64,000 nt of DNA from a virus, in the IMG/VR virus record IMGVR_UViG_3300045581_000978, positions 2,699-66,698 of that record; one strand, written 5' to 3'. Position 1 is the stretch's first letter; every line of letters begins with the position of its first letter. A program made the translations under genes and the position numbers. A model generated the notes under the pieces. That model ran no database searches. It had not been told where the DNA came from and worked only from the letters and a program-made list of their open reading frames with translations. Positions 19,654 through 28,290 of this stretch are shown piece by piece.

Positions 19654-20269
19654 GTGAACAGTGCTTACCTCTTCTATGTTGCCATAATCCTTTTGTATTC
19701 ATAACTCTACCGCAGATTGAACATTCTATAGTCATTCGAGGTGTCCTAACAGCATTTTTCATTGCTTGTTTATGAGCTTTGGACTTAGGCTTTCCTTTAT
19801 GTGCAAGACTTTTTTTCTTTTTTGTCTCTTTTGACTCTTTCAAACCTTTATGACTATCACTCATTCGACGCCTTACCTCTTCAGACATTTTTTGACCTTT
19901 TTTAGCCCTACTTATTTTATGCTTAACTTCTGCAGTTTGCATAATAGCTTTACTATCTGTTAAATTTAACCAATGATCCATGTAGATGATACCACTTCGA
20001 CTTATAAACTTCTTCTCCCATCTAGCTGCATCTTCCGCGCTGGTAAACGTCTTTCTTATCTGTTTAACATCTGGATTACCATACTCTTCTAGTAGTTTAT
20101 GAACATTTTTTGAGGACGTCATATAAGTCACTAATAGATCATCCGGATGACATCCACTATCATACAAGCACTTATCTTTACGCGCATATCTCACACCATA
20201 ATAGTGTTTGTTTAATTTAGACCAAGAGAGATAATAGCAATAAGGTGTATAAATATGTTTATGCTTCAT
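19646..20269 (-). CDS. Free-standing homing endonuclease (Seg-like N-terminus plus NUMOD3 repeats)
   Basis: YTPYCYYL...YYGVRYA, Y.TSS, WE, WLN; repeats KISRAKKG, RMSDSHKG, KSLAHKGKPKS; C-terminal CxxC..H. Confidence 0.8.
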   Translation of the reverse strand: MKHKHIYTPYCYYLSWSKLNKHYYGVRYARKDKCLYDSGCHPDDLLVTYMTSSKNVHKLLEEYGNPDVKQIRKTFTSAEDAARWEKKFISRSGIIYMDHWLNLTDSKAIMQTAEVKHKISRAKKGQKMSEEVRRRMSDSHKGLKESKETKKKKSLAHKGKPKSKAHKQAMKNAVRTPRMTIECSICGRVMNTKGLWQHRRGKHCSLS

Positions 20270-20292
20270 AATTTGTAATTTTTTTGTGAAGA

Positions 20293-20322
20293 GTAGTTAG
20301 GGGTTGCAGCCCCGTGAACTAC
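20293..20322 (-). promoter_or_regulatory. GC-rich stem-loop in the endonuclease leader, just downstream of late promoter ATTAAATA (20326-20333)
   Basis: GTAGTT-CAC-GGGG-CTGCAA-CCCC-T-AACTAC on -. Confidence 0.6.
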
Positions 20323-20358
20323 AATTATTTAATCAATCAGTAAAGAACTTCGATTAAA

Positions 20359-20376
20359 TTCGATCTTTTTAGTTGA
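20359..20376 (+). pseudogene. Displaced duplicate of the gp43 3' end (FDLFS-stop)
   Basis: TTC GAT CTT TTT AGT TGA versus functional TTC GAC TTG TTT AAC TGA at 19636-19653. Confidence 0.6.
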
Positions 20377-20405
20377 TTTACGATTAAGGTAAAATAAGTA
20401 ATTTT

Positions 20406-20654
20406 ATGGAATACTTAGATAAACCCGCCCTAGATGATACGCCGAGAGCACACCCTGCATACTTTAGGGGGAAAGCTAAAGGTATAAATGACGTTCTCAA
20501 AATTGTTTCTGATATTATGTTAGGTCTAGACAATGGAACTGGAGCTAATAACCATCCGGGTATTGAGCAAATGAGACAAGCTTTATTAGTATGGAGAGAA
20601 GAAATTAATAGTTCATTCGGTAAAAAGAGTGGAAAAGATAAACAACCTAGTTAA
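20406..20654 (+). CDS. Hypothetical protein
   Basis: ORF track; 82 aa, co-directional with neighbours. Confidence 0.7.
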   Translation: MEYLDKPALDDTPRAHPAYFRGKAKGINDVLKIVSDIMLGLDNGTGANNHPGIEQMRQALLVWREEINSSFGKKSGKDKQPS

Positions 20655-20662
20655 TATAAATT

Positions 20663-21010
20663 ATGCACAAAATTAAAACTATTATCGATCATATCGGTAG
20701 AACAGTAGTCGGCGGTGAGGTTAGTCAAGATGAAAAAACCATCACTCTTAACAATCCAGTTATTATTCACGTTCAACCTAATGCACAAACTGGTCAGCTG
20801 CAAGTACAATCCTTTCCATATATTTTTATGGAATTTTTGACTACAGCTTCTCGTGAAAAAAATCATTGGACGTTTAATAAATCAAGTGTTGTACTTTCCG
20901 AAGTAGAGCTTGACGAAAAGATTATTACACAATACAATAATATTAATAATCCTCCTGCGGTTGCTCCTGCACAAAGCGAACCAGAAGTAATTAAGCTTTT
21001 TGAAGATTAA
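20663..21010 (+). CDS. Hypothetical protein (small beta-rich, Sm-like size)
   Basis: ORF track; followed by intrinsic terminator; ends VIKLFED. Confidence 0.7.
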   Translation: MHKIKTIIDHIGRTVVGGEVSQDEKTITLNNPVIIHVQPNAQTGQLQVQSFPYIFMEFLTTASREKNHWTFNKSSVVLSEVELDEKIITQYNNINNPPAVAPAQSEPEVIKLFED

Positions 21011-21031
21011 TTAAAATTAAAAAAACTAATT

Positions 21032-21065
21032 AAAAAGCGGGCCTTAAACTGGTCCGCTTTTTTTT
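21032..21065 (+). terminator. Intrinsic terminator, possibly bidirectional
   Basis: AAAAA-GCGGGCC-TTAAACT-GGTCCGC-TTTTTTTT. Confidence 0.85.
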
Positions 21066-21069
21066 GTTA

Positions 21070-21097
21070 TTGATTATGATATGTTATATACTATAAT
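21070..21097 (+). promoter_or_regulatory. sigma70-like promoter of uvsX (TTGATT-N16-TATAAT, 6 nt to ATG)
   Basis: Direct reading. Confidence 0.75.
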
Positions 21098-21103
21098 ACT
21101 GTT

Positions 21104-22198
21104 ATGGAAAAAGATGTTAAGAGTGCTTTAGATGAAATTGATGATGTTAATCCTTTCGCGACTTATCTTAGTGATAGTACGCTTAGTAGAGTTGGAGGTT
21201 GGGTGGATACAGGTAGTTACGTTCTTAACGCAATTATATCAGGCTCCCTTCACGGAGGTATACCAAAAGGTAGGGTAACCATGCTAGCAGGTGAATCAAT
21301 GACCGGTAAATCTCTCTTCGTGCAGAAAATTCTCGCTAAAGCGCAAGCAGAAGGCCTTACACCGGTAATTTTTGATACGGAAAACGCTATCGATCCGGAA
21401 GGTGCTGCTAGACTTGGATTAGATATTACTAAAGTAAAGTATGTTCCTTGTGTTAGTATAGAGCAAACTCGTAATGCACTGTTTAAGTTTTTATCTGCAG
21501 TAAAAGAGAAAAAACTAGAAGGTAAATTTATTGTTGCTATCGACTCACTCGGTAACCTTCAATCAGAATTAGAGTTAGCTAGAATGGGTAAAGATAGTAC
21601 ATCTTCTGATATGGGTACTAAAGCTCGTGCAATGAAATCGTTAATGCAAACCTGTACTAATTTAGGTGCAGTTACTCAGACAACTATTCTATGTACTAAT
21701 CACGTTTATGATGACCCATCTGCAATGTTTCCTTCTATTGAAAAGCATATGCCGGGTGGTAAGGCGTGTGTTTACCTACCATCTGTAACAGTACAACTAG
21801 CTCGTAAGCCAATGAAATCTGACGACGGTAAAACTACAGATGGTGAATTGGCTGTTGGTCAAAAATCGTATGCAGGTATTATTATTAGAGCTCTTACTCG
21901 TAAGAATAGATTTATTAAGCAGTATCTTGAAGGAGAGATGTATCTATCTTTTGCTAATGGATTAGATAGATATTACGGTCTACTTGATCTCGCTGTAGGT
22001 CTTGGAGCTGTAATTCAGAACGGATCAACTTATGCTCTTGAAGATGGTACTAAGCTCGGTTATTATAAATCGTGGCGCAAGGATTCTAAGCTTTGGGAAG
22101 AAACTATTTTACCTAAAATAGAGGATAGAATTAAGAAGGAATGGTCCTATAGTAATCTAGAAGAAGAAACTCCTGAAGAAATAGACACGGTAGATTAA
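21104..22198 (+). CDS. uvsX: RecA-like recombinase UvsX
   Basis: DTGSYVLN.IISG, GESMTGKS, FDTENA, IDSLGNL, NHVY, GG. Confidence 0.92.
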   Translation: MEKDVKSALDEIDDVNPFATYLSDSTLSRVGGWVDTGSYVLNAIISGSLHGGIPKGRVTMLAGESMTGKSLFVQKILAKAQAEGLTPVIFDTENAIDPEGAARLGLDITKVKYVPCVSIEQTRNALFKFLSAVKEKKLEGKFIVAIDSLGNLQSELELARMGKDSTSSDMGTKARAMKSLMQTCTNLGAVTQTTILCTNHVYDDPSAMFPSIEKHMPGGKACVYLPSVTVQLARKPMKSDDGKTTDGELAVGQKSYAGIIIRALTRKNRFIKQYLEGEMYLSFANGLDRYYGLLDLAVGLGAVIQNGSTYALEDGTKLGYYKSWRKDSKLWEETILPKIEDRIKKEWSYSNLEEETPEEIDTVD

Positions 22199-22200
22199 AA

Positions 22201-22509
22201 TTAACCTACAGCTACTAAAGCAGTTTGGGTAAAATCAGTTGGTCTATTGAACACATAAACCCCTTTTGGATCAACTGATCCCATACCCAACTCTACAAGA
22301 TCTTGTCCCATTGCTATATACTTTGTTTGTAAAGGACGATCTCTTTGTATCCAGTTCTTTACTTTGATATTATCATAGTCAGCATAAAACATTACATCAT
22401 CTTCGTAATTTCCATTAAATTCAACAAAATCTGATCCTAAATTATAGTTTTCGTTTAAAGTTAAATTTGCATACAAGCTTTCTAACAAGAACATATCTCT
22501 CTTTTTCAT
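22201..22509 (-). CDS. Hypothetical late protein
   Basis: Start MKKRDMFLLES at 22509 fits ATTAAATA (22515-22522); alternative GTG start at 22530. Confidence 0.55.
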   Translation of the reverse strand: MKKRDMFLLESLYANLTLNENYNLGSDFVEFNGNYEDDVMFYADYDNIKVKNWIQRDRPLQTKYIAMGQDLVELGMGSVDPKGVYVFNRPTDFTQTALVAVG

Positions 22510-22612
22510 ATAGGTATTTAATCTCAACACAGTAAATACTATTTATTTTTTTTTCTTTTATATTTTTCGAAATCTGCTGGAATTACTTTCATTATAGGTT
22601 ATAATAGTATTT

Positions 22613-23398
22613 ATGGAAATGGACAGTAAAAATATGGATTCTGAGGTGAAAGGCTCAAAAAAGTTAGTACTGTCATTTAGTGGAGGTGCTGACTCATCTG
22701 TTCTGTTGTTTATGGCAGCAGATAGAGGATATGAAGAGATTCATACCGTTACTTTCGATTACGGCCAAAGACATCGCCGTGAGATGCAGTGTGTACCTCT
22801 CCAAAAGTGGAATCTGAAAGAGAAATACCCTAACGTTAAATTTACTAATAAAGTACTTGATGTTACATATCTTAAAGACATATCGCCAACCTCATCTCTT
22901 ACGAATTTAGATATTGATAATCCAGATATTAGTCAAATTGCAGGTGATGCGCAACCGGTTTCTTATGTACCGTTTCGTAATCAGATGTTTTTAACGATCT
23001 GCTGTGCATATGCGGAGAGTTTAGGTGCTAGTTCTGTTTGGTATGGAGCAGCTCAGGTAGATTCTTTAGCAGGCTACTGGGATGGATCAACAGAATTCGT
23101 TGATTCTATAAATAACTTAATACAACTCAACAGAGAACATAGAATTTTTATTGAAGCTCCATTGCTCTCCATGTCGAAAGCAGATATTATACTAGAAGGT
23201 ATAAGACTAGGTGTTAACTTTAGAGATACGTGGACGTGTTATAGCAATCGAAAGGATGAATTAGCAGACGCAACAACACCATCAAGTAGTTTACGCGTTC
23301 AAGGGTTCATTAGCGCTGGATACAGAGATCCTATCAAGTATATTCAGCAAGATAAGCTTGATAGGATATATGAAGAAAATAACTGTATAGAATTATAA
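22613..23398 (+). CDS. queC: 7-cyano-7-deazaguanine synthase QueC (variant lacking most Zn ligands)
   Basis: SFSGGADS PP-loop, FDYGQRH, SSLT, YVPFRN, YWD, APL..MSK, TWTCY; promoter TGGAAT-N16-TATAAT at 22578-22605. Confidence 0.9.
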   Translation: MEMDSKNMDSEVKGSKKLVLSFSGGADSSVLLFMAADRGYEEIHTVTFDYGQRHRREMQCVPLQKWNLKEKYPNVKFTNKVLDVTYLKDISPTSSLTNLDIDNPDISQIAGDAQPVSYVPFRNQMFLTICCAYAESLGASSVWYGAAQVDSLAGYWDGSTEFVDSINNLIQLNREHRIFIEAPLLSMSKADIILEGIRLGVNFRDTWTCYSNRKDELADATTPSSSLRVQGFISAGYRDPIKYIQQDKLDRIYEENNCIEL

Positions 23399-24760
23399 AC
23401 CGTAACGTCTCAATTCATCTAATTGATACGATGTTTTAGGTTTATATCTCTCTTTGAAAGATATACTCTTTTTATCAGACTTAGCTTTATATGAGTCTTT
23501 ACGAGTTTGTTCTACAATATAGGAAGCAGTATAACTTTCAGTTACTGTTTCTTTTTCTGTAAAGCCTCTTTTCTTAGCTATCCCTCTCTCCCAATCCTCT
23601 AATTCGCCATCGTCATCAAGATCTGCTTTTTTAGCATTGAAAGTTTCATTATCCTCTTCTTTTGGACCATTAAAATAAAGTTTAGCATCCGCAAGTGCAT
23701 CAGCTTTATAATCGCTATTATATTGAGGGCTATTAATTATATAATCGATATAATATTCATCTACTTTAGATGCTGGGTTATAACCAGTAGCATGACCACC
23801 TGTTAAGTCGACAGATATCTCACCAGTAGAAGGGTCTCTTCTAGCAGTATAGGTAAGAATACCATCCACCTCTTCACCGTCATCACCTATCCATACAGTT
23901 TCGACTTCACCATCATACTCATCGCCTCGCATTGCTGCATTATAATCCTCCTCACTCACATCCTTACCTGTAAGACTAGGGTCATAGAACTCCTCAGGCC
24001 CTATTTCTTCATCTTCAGACATCTCACTATCTTCCATTTCTTCATCTTCTGTACCTTGCGAAATAGGCTTAACAGCCGACGATAAATAAGCTGCAATTTT
24101 TTCATAACCAGGTTCGTTAGAGATTTGACCAATAAATGATTTTAATGTAGCAATATCTTTAATTCTATTAGCTACTCCCATTACCTCATTAAGAGCTTCC
24201 TCCTCAATATCGAATCCAGGCTCTCCTAAATTTGAAGCTATTTTTGCAAGTATATTAGCAACAGCTGTTTTGACGAGAATAGTTTCATCAGAAACAATAT
24301 CCGTTAACGCGTCGTCCATTTGTTTACCGGACTTAACCTGTCTCATTTGATTTGCAATCTCCTGTGAAGCAGCTTGTGCAGCATATTTTTCTTCCTTACC
24401 TCTATTAACACCTACACCACTAATAAAGTCATCTAGTGTTGAAGAAACTCTTTCAGATATTTCATCAGATTTAGCATTAATTTCTTGCTGTTTCTTTTTT
24501 AGAACATTAAGCATTGCTTGTTTTTTGCCAGTAAATCCAGGAGCTTTTTTAATCATTACAAGTTCTTGATCATCAATAATGTCCAGCATGTAGAGAATCT
24601 CTCTAATAAACTTAATTGTATCAAGAGGTGCGGAGCTCAATCCTCCTGCTCTCATCTTTGATGTTATATTTCCAAATGAAGGATGCGCTCCAGCGTAAGG
24701 AGACATTTTAGCCTCATTTAAAATACTTACCCTGGCTAGTAGATCTTTGAACGAACTCAT
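23393..24760 (-). CDS. Acidic late protein, probable prohead core or internal protein
   Basis: TATAAATA 24767-24774 (-); MSSFKDLL..ILNE|A; acidic linker; EF-hand-like DLDDDGELEDWE. Confidence 0.6.
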   Translation of the reverse strand: MSSFKDLLARVSILNEAKMSPYAGAHPSFGNITSKMRAGGLSSAPLDTIKFIREILYMLDIIDDQELVMIKKAPGFTGKKQAMLNVLKKKQQEINAKSDEISERVSSTLDDFISGVGVNRGKEEKYAAQAASQEIANQMRQVKSGKQMDDALTDIVSDETILVKTAVANILAKIASNLGEPGFDIEEEALNEVMGVANRIKDIATLKSFIGQISNEPGYEKIAAYLSSAVKPISQGTEDEEMEDSEMSEDEEIGPEEFYDPSLTGKDVSEEDYNAAMRGDEYDGEVETVWIGDDGEEVDGILTYTARRDPSTGEISVDLTGGHATGYNPASKVDEYYIDYIINSPQYNSDYKADALADAKLYFNGPKEEDNETFNAKKADLDDDGELEDWERGIAKKRGFTEKETVTESYTASYIVEQTRKDSYKAKSDKKSISFKERYKPKTSYQLDELRRYGL

Positions 24761-24778
24761 ATACTATATTTATACAAT

Positions 24779-25096
24779 ATGGAACTAAATTGGCAGGATT
24801 TTAACGAAATGTCTCATAGTAAGTTGTGTAAAATACCAGGCATTGGTAAAAAAGCAGCAGATCGAATTATAGCTTGTAGACCCTTTAGATCTAATAACGA
24901 TCTATTTAAGGTTAGAGGGCTAGGTAAGAAAACCTTAAGCAACCTAGGTATAGAGAAAACTAAAAAAGAGCGAAAGTCTTGGTATCTTATGGAAGATGGT
25001 ATTGAATATCCTAACTCCGCATTAGCTAGGAATAAGATTACAGGTAAAATAGATTTTTTCTGGAGGATGCCTCGTGAACAACGTGAATACTTATAA
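24779..25096 (+). CDS. Helix-hairpin-helix (ComEA-like) DNA-binding protein
   Basis: IPGIGKKAADRII..RPF and VRGLGKKTL HhH pair. Confidence 0.8.
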   Translation: MELNWQDFNEMSHSKLCKIPGIGKKAADRIIACRPFRSNNDLFKVRGLGKKTLSNLGIEKTKKERKSWYLMEDGIEYPNSALARNKITGKIDFFWRMPREQREYL

Positions 25097-25130
25097 GTTG
25101 CTTTTTAAATGTACCTATTATAATAATTTT

Positions 25131-25181
25131 ATGGCTAAACACTATATAGAGAGATCGGAGGTTAATTTATGTGTGCTATAA
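25131..25181 (+). CDS. Putative 16-aa leader ORF (MAKHYIERSEVNLCVL) overlapping the amidotransferase start
   Basis: ATG 6 nt after TATAAT (25119-25124), the spacing seen for other genes here. Confidence 0.4.
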   Translation: MAKHYIERSEVNLCVL

Positions 25182-25849
25182 TGGGCTCTAGTAAGCTCTC
25201 TATGTTTGAGGTAATGTATCAAGCTAATCTACCTAGAGGTAATTTTGCTTCTGGATTAATGGGATTAACTAGCAATTGTGATCAATTAATCTTAAAACAA
25301 AAAGGTACATTAAATTTTGAATCGATGAAGCTGGATGATTTCAGCTTAGATAAGCACGTGGATTATTATATCGGTCATGTACAAGCTCCAACTTCTGCAA
25401 AAAGAGAATGGGCTCCCGATACATCTCATCCTTTTGAGTCGTTGTCCTGGGCTGTTTTTCATAACGGCGTGTTAACAAATTACGAAAAAATACGCGCTAA
25501 TTATATAGACTGGGACGTTAATCCTGTTGATACAGCTGTAATACCTAATCTTCTTCAGCATTATACTGAAGAATGCCGAGGTGAATGTCCAGGTCATGAA
25601 ATTATTAAAAAAGTTCTTAATATGCTTGAAGGTACTTTTGCTCTATGTATGGTTGATACAGATAGCAATGATGTATATCTTGCAAGACAAGGCTCTATCC
25701 TACACTATAATGACAAAGGAGATTTCTCTACACTTAGCGGTGAAGGATTTAAGTTACTCCCTGAAGGAGTAATTTTAATGCTACGTGATAATAAGGAGTG
25801 GGTAGAGGTAAATCGCTTTGATGTTAAATCACCATTTTTATTTTTATGA
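25169..25849 (+). CDS. Class II (Ntn) glutamine amidotransferase
   Basis: N-terminal MC, RG..ASG, GH..APT, HPF, HNGVLTN, VDT, GTFA; SD GGAGGT at 25157-25162. Confidence 0.85.
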   Translation: MCAIMGSSKLSMFEVMYQANLPRGNFASGLMGLTSNCDQLILKQKGTLNFESMKLDDFSLDKHVDYYIGHVQAPTSAKREWAPDTSHPFESLSWAVFHNGVLTNYEKIRANYIDWDVNPVDTAVIPNLLQHYTEECRGECPGHEIIKKVLNMLEGTFALCMVDTDSNDVYLARQGSILHYNDKGDFSTLSGEGFKLLPEGVILMLRDNKEWVEVNRFDVKSPFLFL

Positions 25850-26496
25850 GAACATTTTATTTTTCAGCAACTAAAGGATTAAAGAAAAACACTCTGCTTT
25901 TTAAAACCGGGAGCGAGGAGTTTTTCTTTAAAACAAAAAATACTGATGCAATAGCTAAAGTATATAATAAAGCTATTGATTTCGCTATTCAAGAAAACGC
26001 AGATTCGTTAGTATTATGTCATGACGATGTAATAATAGAATCTAATTTAGAGAAAAAAATTCCTCAAATGTTTGACAAATACGATGTGTTCGGAGTAGCA
26101 GGAACAAAAGAATGTAAACTCGAAAAACCTATTTTATGGCATATAATGGGTGGTGGTTTTACTGGTAATAATCTTAGAGGTGCAGTAGCCCATGGCTCTC
26201 AAGAAAAAAAATCTATGACTTTCTTCGGACCCTATCCATCTCGCGTCATCATGATAGATGGAGTCTTTATGGCTATAAAGAGAGAGGTATTTACACAAAT
26301 TAGATTTGATGAATCATGCCCAGCAAAATTTCATATGTATGATTTAGATTACTCTTTACAAGCTCATAAAGCTGGATTTAAGGTAGGTGTAAGCGATATT
26401 ATGATTACACACGCTTCACCCGGGCTTAAAGAGTTTACCTCTGAGTTCAATGAGGGACAAGAATGGTTTGTGAATAAATGGAAAGGTAAATTATAA
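25846..26496 (+). CDS. GT-A fold (GT2-like) glycosyltransferase
   Basis: YNKAI, LCHDDV, GVAG, IDGVFMA, FDE, FHMYDLD, H.S.G. Confidence 0.75.
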   Translation: MRTFYFSATKGLKKNTLLFKTGSEEFFFKTKNTDAIAKVYNKAIDFAIQENADSLVLCHDDVIIESNLEKKIPQMFDKYDVFGVAGTKECKLEKPILWHIMGGGFTGNNLRGAVAHGSQEKKSMTFFGPYPSRVIMIDGVFMAIKREVFTQIRFDESCPAKFHMYDLDYSLQAHKAGFKVGVSDIMITHASPGLKEFTSEFNEGQEWFVNKWKGKL

Positions 26497-26500
26497 GAAA

Positions 26501-27817
26501 GTGATTAAATTAGACTTAGATTATTTCGAGAGAGTTATCTGTTATAAAGCTCTACTCGATTCTACATATCTTGCTTCGATAGTTGACTATGTTAAGCCTG
26601 CTTATTTTAAAGATAAGAATATAGCAAACGTATTCAATATTATTTCTACGTTTTATGAAAATCGTAACAAGCTACCTACCTTAACAGAAGTCAAAACATA
26701 TCTTACTACTGACGAGCTTAAAGAGTCATTTAAGAGTCTTGTTGATACTTTAAAGGATATTGATAAGAATATCGATAAAGACGAGCTTTACTCTAATACA
26801 GAGCGGTTTTTAAAAGAGAAGGCCGTTTACACATCTATGCTCGATGTAGCTAGCGATATAGCAAAAGGTAATATTGATACTTCGCAGATCTTAGATAAAA
26901 TAGAAAAGTCCTGCAATATAAATCTCGTTACTGATACTGGGTTCGATCTTCATAACGATGTAGAGGTTCTTATCGACGATCTTTGTAATGTTCAGCGCTC
27001 TATACCTAGTAATTGGGAATGGTTAGATGATGCACTTAACGGAGGGTTCCTTGAAAACGGTAGATCTCTTTATGTATTTGCAGGAGAAACCAATATCGGT
27101 AAATCTATCTTCTTAGGTAACATTGCATCTAATATAGCTAATCAAGGTAAGAATGTTCTCCTAATAACTTTAGAGATGTCAGAGCTTCTTTACGCTAGAC
27201 GTATTTGTACGAACGTAAGTAAAATACCTCTCAAAGACCTTTCATCTAACACACACTCTTTAAGACAAGCTATTAAGGAACAGAAAGAAGGAGGTTCAGG
27301 TAGAATCTTTATTAAAGAGTTTCCACCCTCTACTATTACACCGAACCAACTTAAAGCATTTGTAAAAAAGCTAACAGATACTGGTGTTCCTATTCATGCT
27401 ATTGTATTAGATTATCTTAACCTGTTACACTCAACAGTAGGTTCTAACTCCTATGAGAGAATTAAGAACGTAACCGAACAGGTGAGAGCCATGTCTTATA
27501 TTTTCAATTGCCCTATCATTTCTGCAACTCAGCTTAATAGATCAGGCTTTAATACTGACAATCCTGATCTAGCTACTATATCCGAATCAGTAGGATTAGC
27601 CGCTACTGCAGATGTTATTGTCTCTATCTTCCAGAACGAGGAAGATAGGGATTTAGGAATTATTAGATTAGGTATGATGAAGAATAGATACGGACCGAGA
27701 GGACATACTCAAGCGATGCGTATTGATTATTCTACTCTTACTATTACTCAAGCAGCAGATGCAGCTGTTAGTAGTGATGACCTGACTCTCAATGCGTTGC
27801 AGCTATTAGCGGGTTGA
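26501..27817 (+). CDS. gp41: Replicative DnaB-like helicase
   Basis: GETNIGKS, ITLEMSE, IKEFPP, LDYLNL, SATQLNR, SESVGL..TAD, KNRYG. Confidence 0.93.
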   Translation: MIKLDLDYFERVICYKALLDSTYLASIVDYVKPAYFKDKNIANVFNIISTFYENRNKLPTLTEVKTYLTTDELKESFKSLVDTLKDIDKNIDKDELYSNTERFLKEKAVYTSMLDVASDIAKGNIDTSQILDKIEKSCNINLVTDTGFDLHNDVEVLIDDLCNVQRSIPSNWEWLDDALNGGFLENGRSLYVFAGETNIGKSIFLGNIASNIANQGKNVLLITLEMSELLYARRICTNVSKIPLKDLSSNTHSLRQAIKEQKEGGSGRIFIKEFPPSTITPNQLKAFVKKLTDTGVPIHAIVLDYLNLLHSTVGSNSYERIKNVTEQVRAMSYIFNCPIISATQLNRSGFNTDNPDLATISESVGLAATADVIVSIFQNEEDRDLGIIRLGMMKNRYGPRGHTQAMRIDYSTLTITQAADAAVSSDDLTLNALQLLAG

Positions 27818-27846
27818 TTAAGTTCCTTATGAGTATAAATATGTAA

Positions 27847-28290
27847 GTGACTCAAGAAGATAGAGACAAATATAAGAAGATTAAGGCTAATCTCGAATTA
27901 TATAGAAAAGGTAAAACAGATTTTTCTATAGAAGAGCTTAACGACTTAAAAATCCATCTACTCAAATATAAAGATACCTTACAAACTACTCAGTTTTTTG
28001 AAGGTGCTCTTAAAGAGTATAAAATTGTCAGTTGCTTTGCAGAACAATTTCATGATGAGTTGCAAGATCATATGATTAATAAGTACGGAGCGGCGATTGT
28101 AATAGTTGTTGTACTTAAAGATAAAAAAATATTATTGAAGAAAAATCCTAAGACCTGTAGTTTGGATTTATGTGCGTTAGCTAAGCTTTTAAGTGACGGA
28201 GGATGCATAGATTCTACAGCTAATGTAGCTGAAGGAAATATTACAGAAAAGTTTTTAAACTTAACCAAAACCTTTAAGCCATGTATATAA
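27847..28290 (+). CDS. Hypothetical protein resembling an isolated DHHA1 domain
   Basis: LDLCALAKLLSDGG....VAEG.IT..FL resembles the DHH-family C-terminal domain; TATAAATA 27834-27841. Confidence 0.5.
   Translation: MTQEDRDKYKKIKANLELYRKGKTDFSIEELNDLKIHLLKYKDTLQTTQFFEGALKEYKIVSCFAEQFHDELQDHMINKYGAAIVIVVVLKDKKILLKKNPKTCSLDLCALAKLLSDGGCIDSTANVAEGNITEKFLNLTKTFKPCI

Noticed and set aside
22531-22570. T-rich tract upstream of queC as a terminator or origin
   Set aside because: No GC stem; explained by an alternative late promoter (22540-22547, -) and AT-rich upstream promoter sequence
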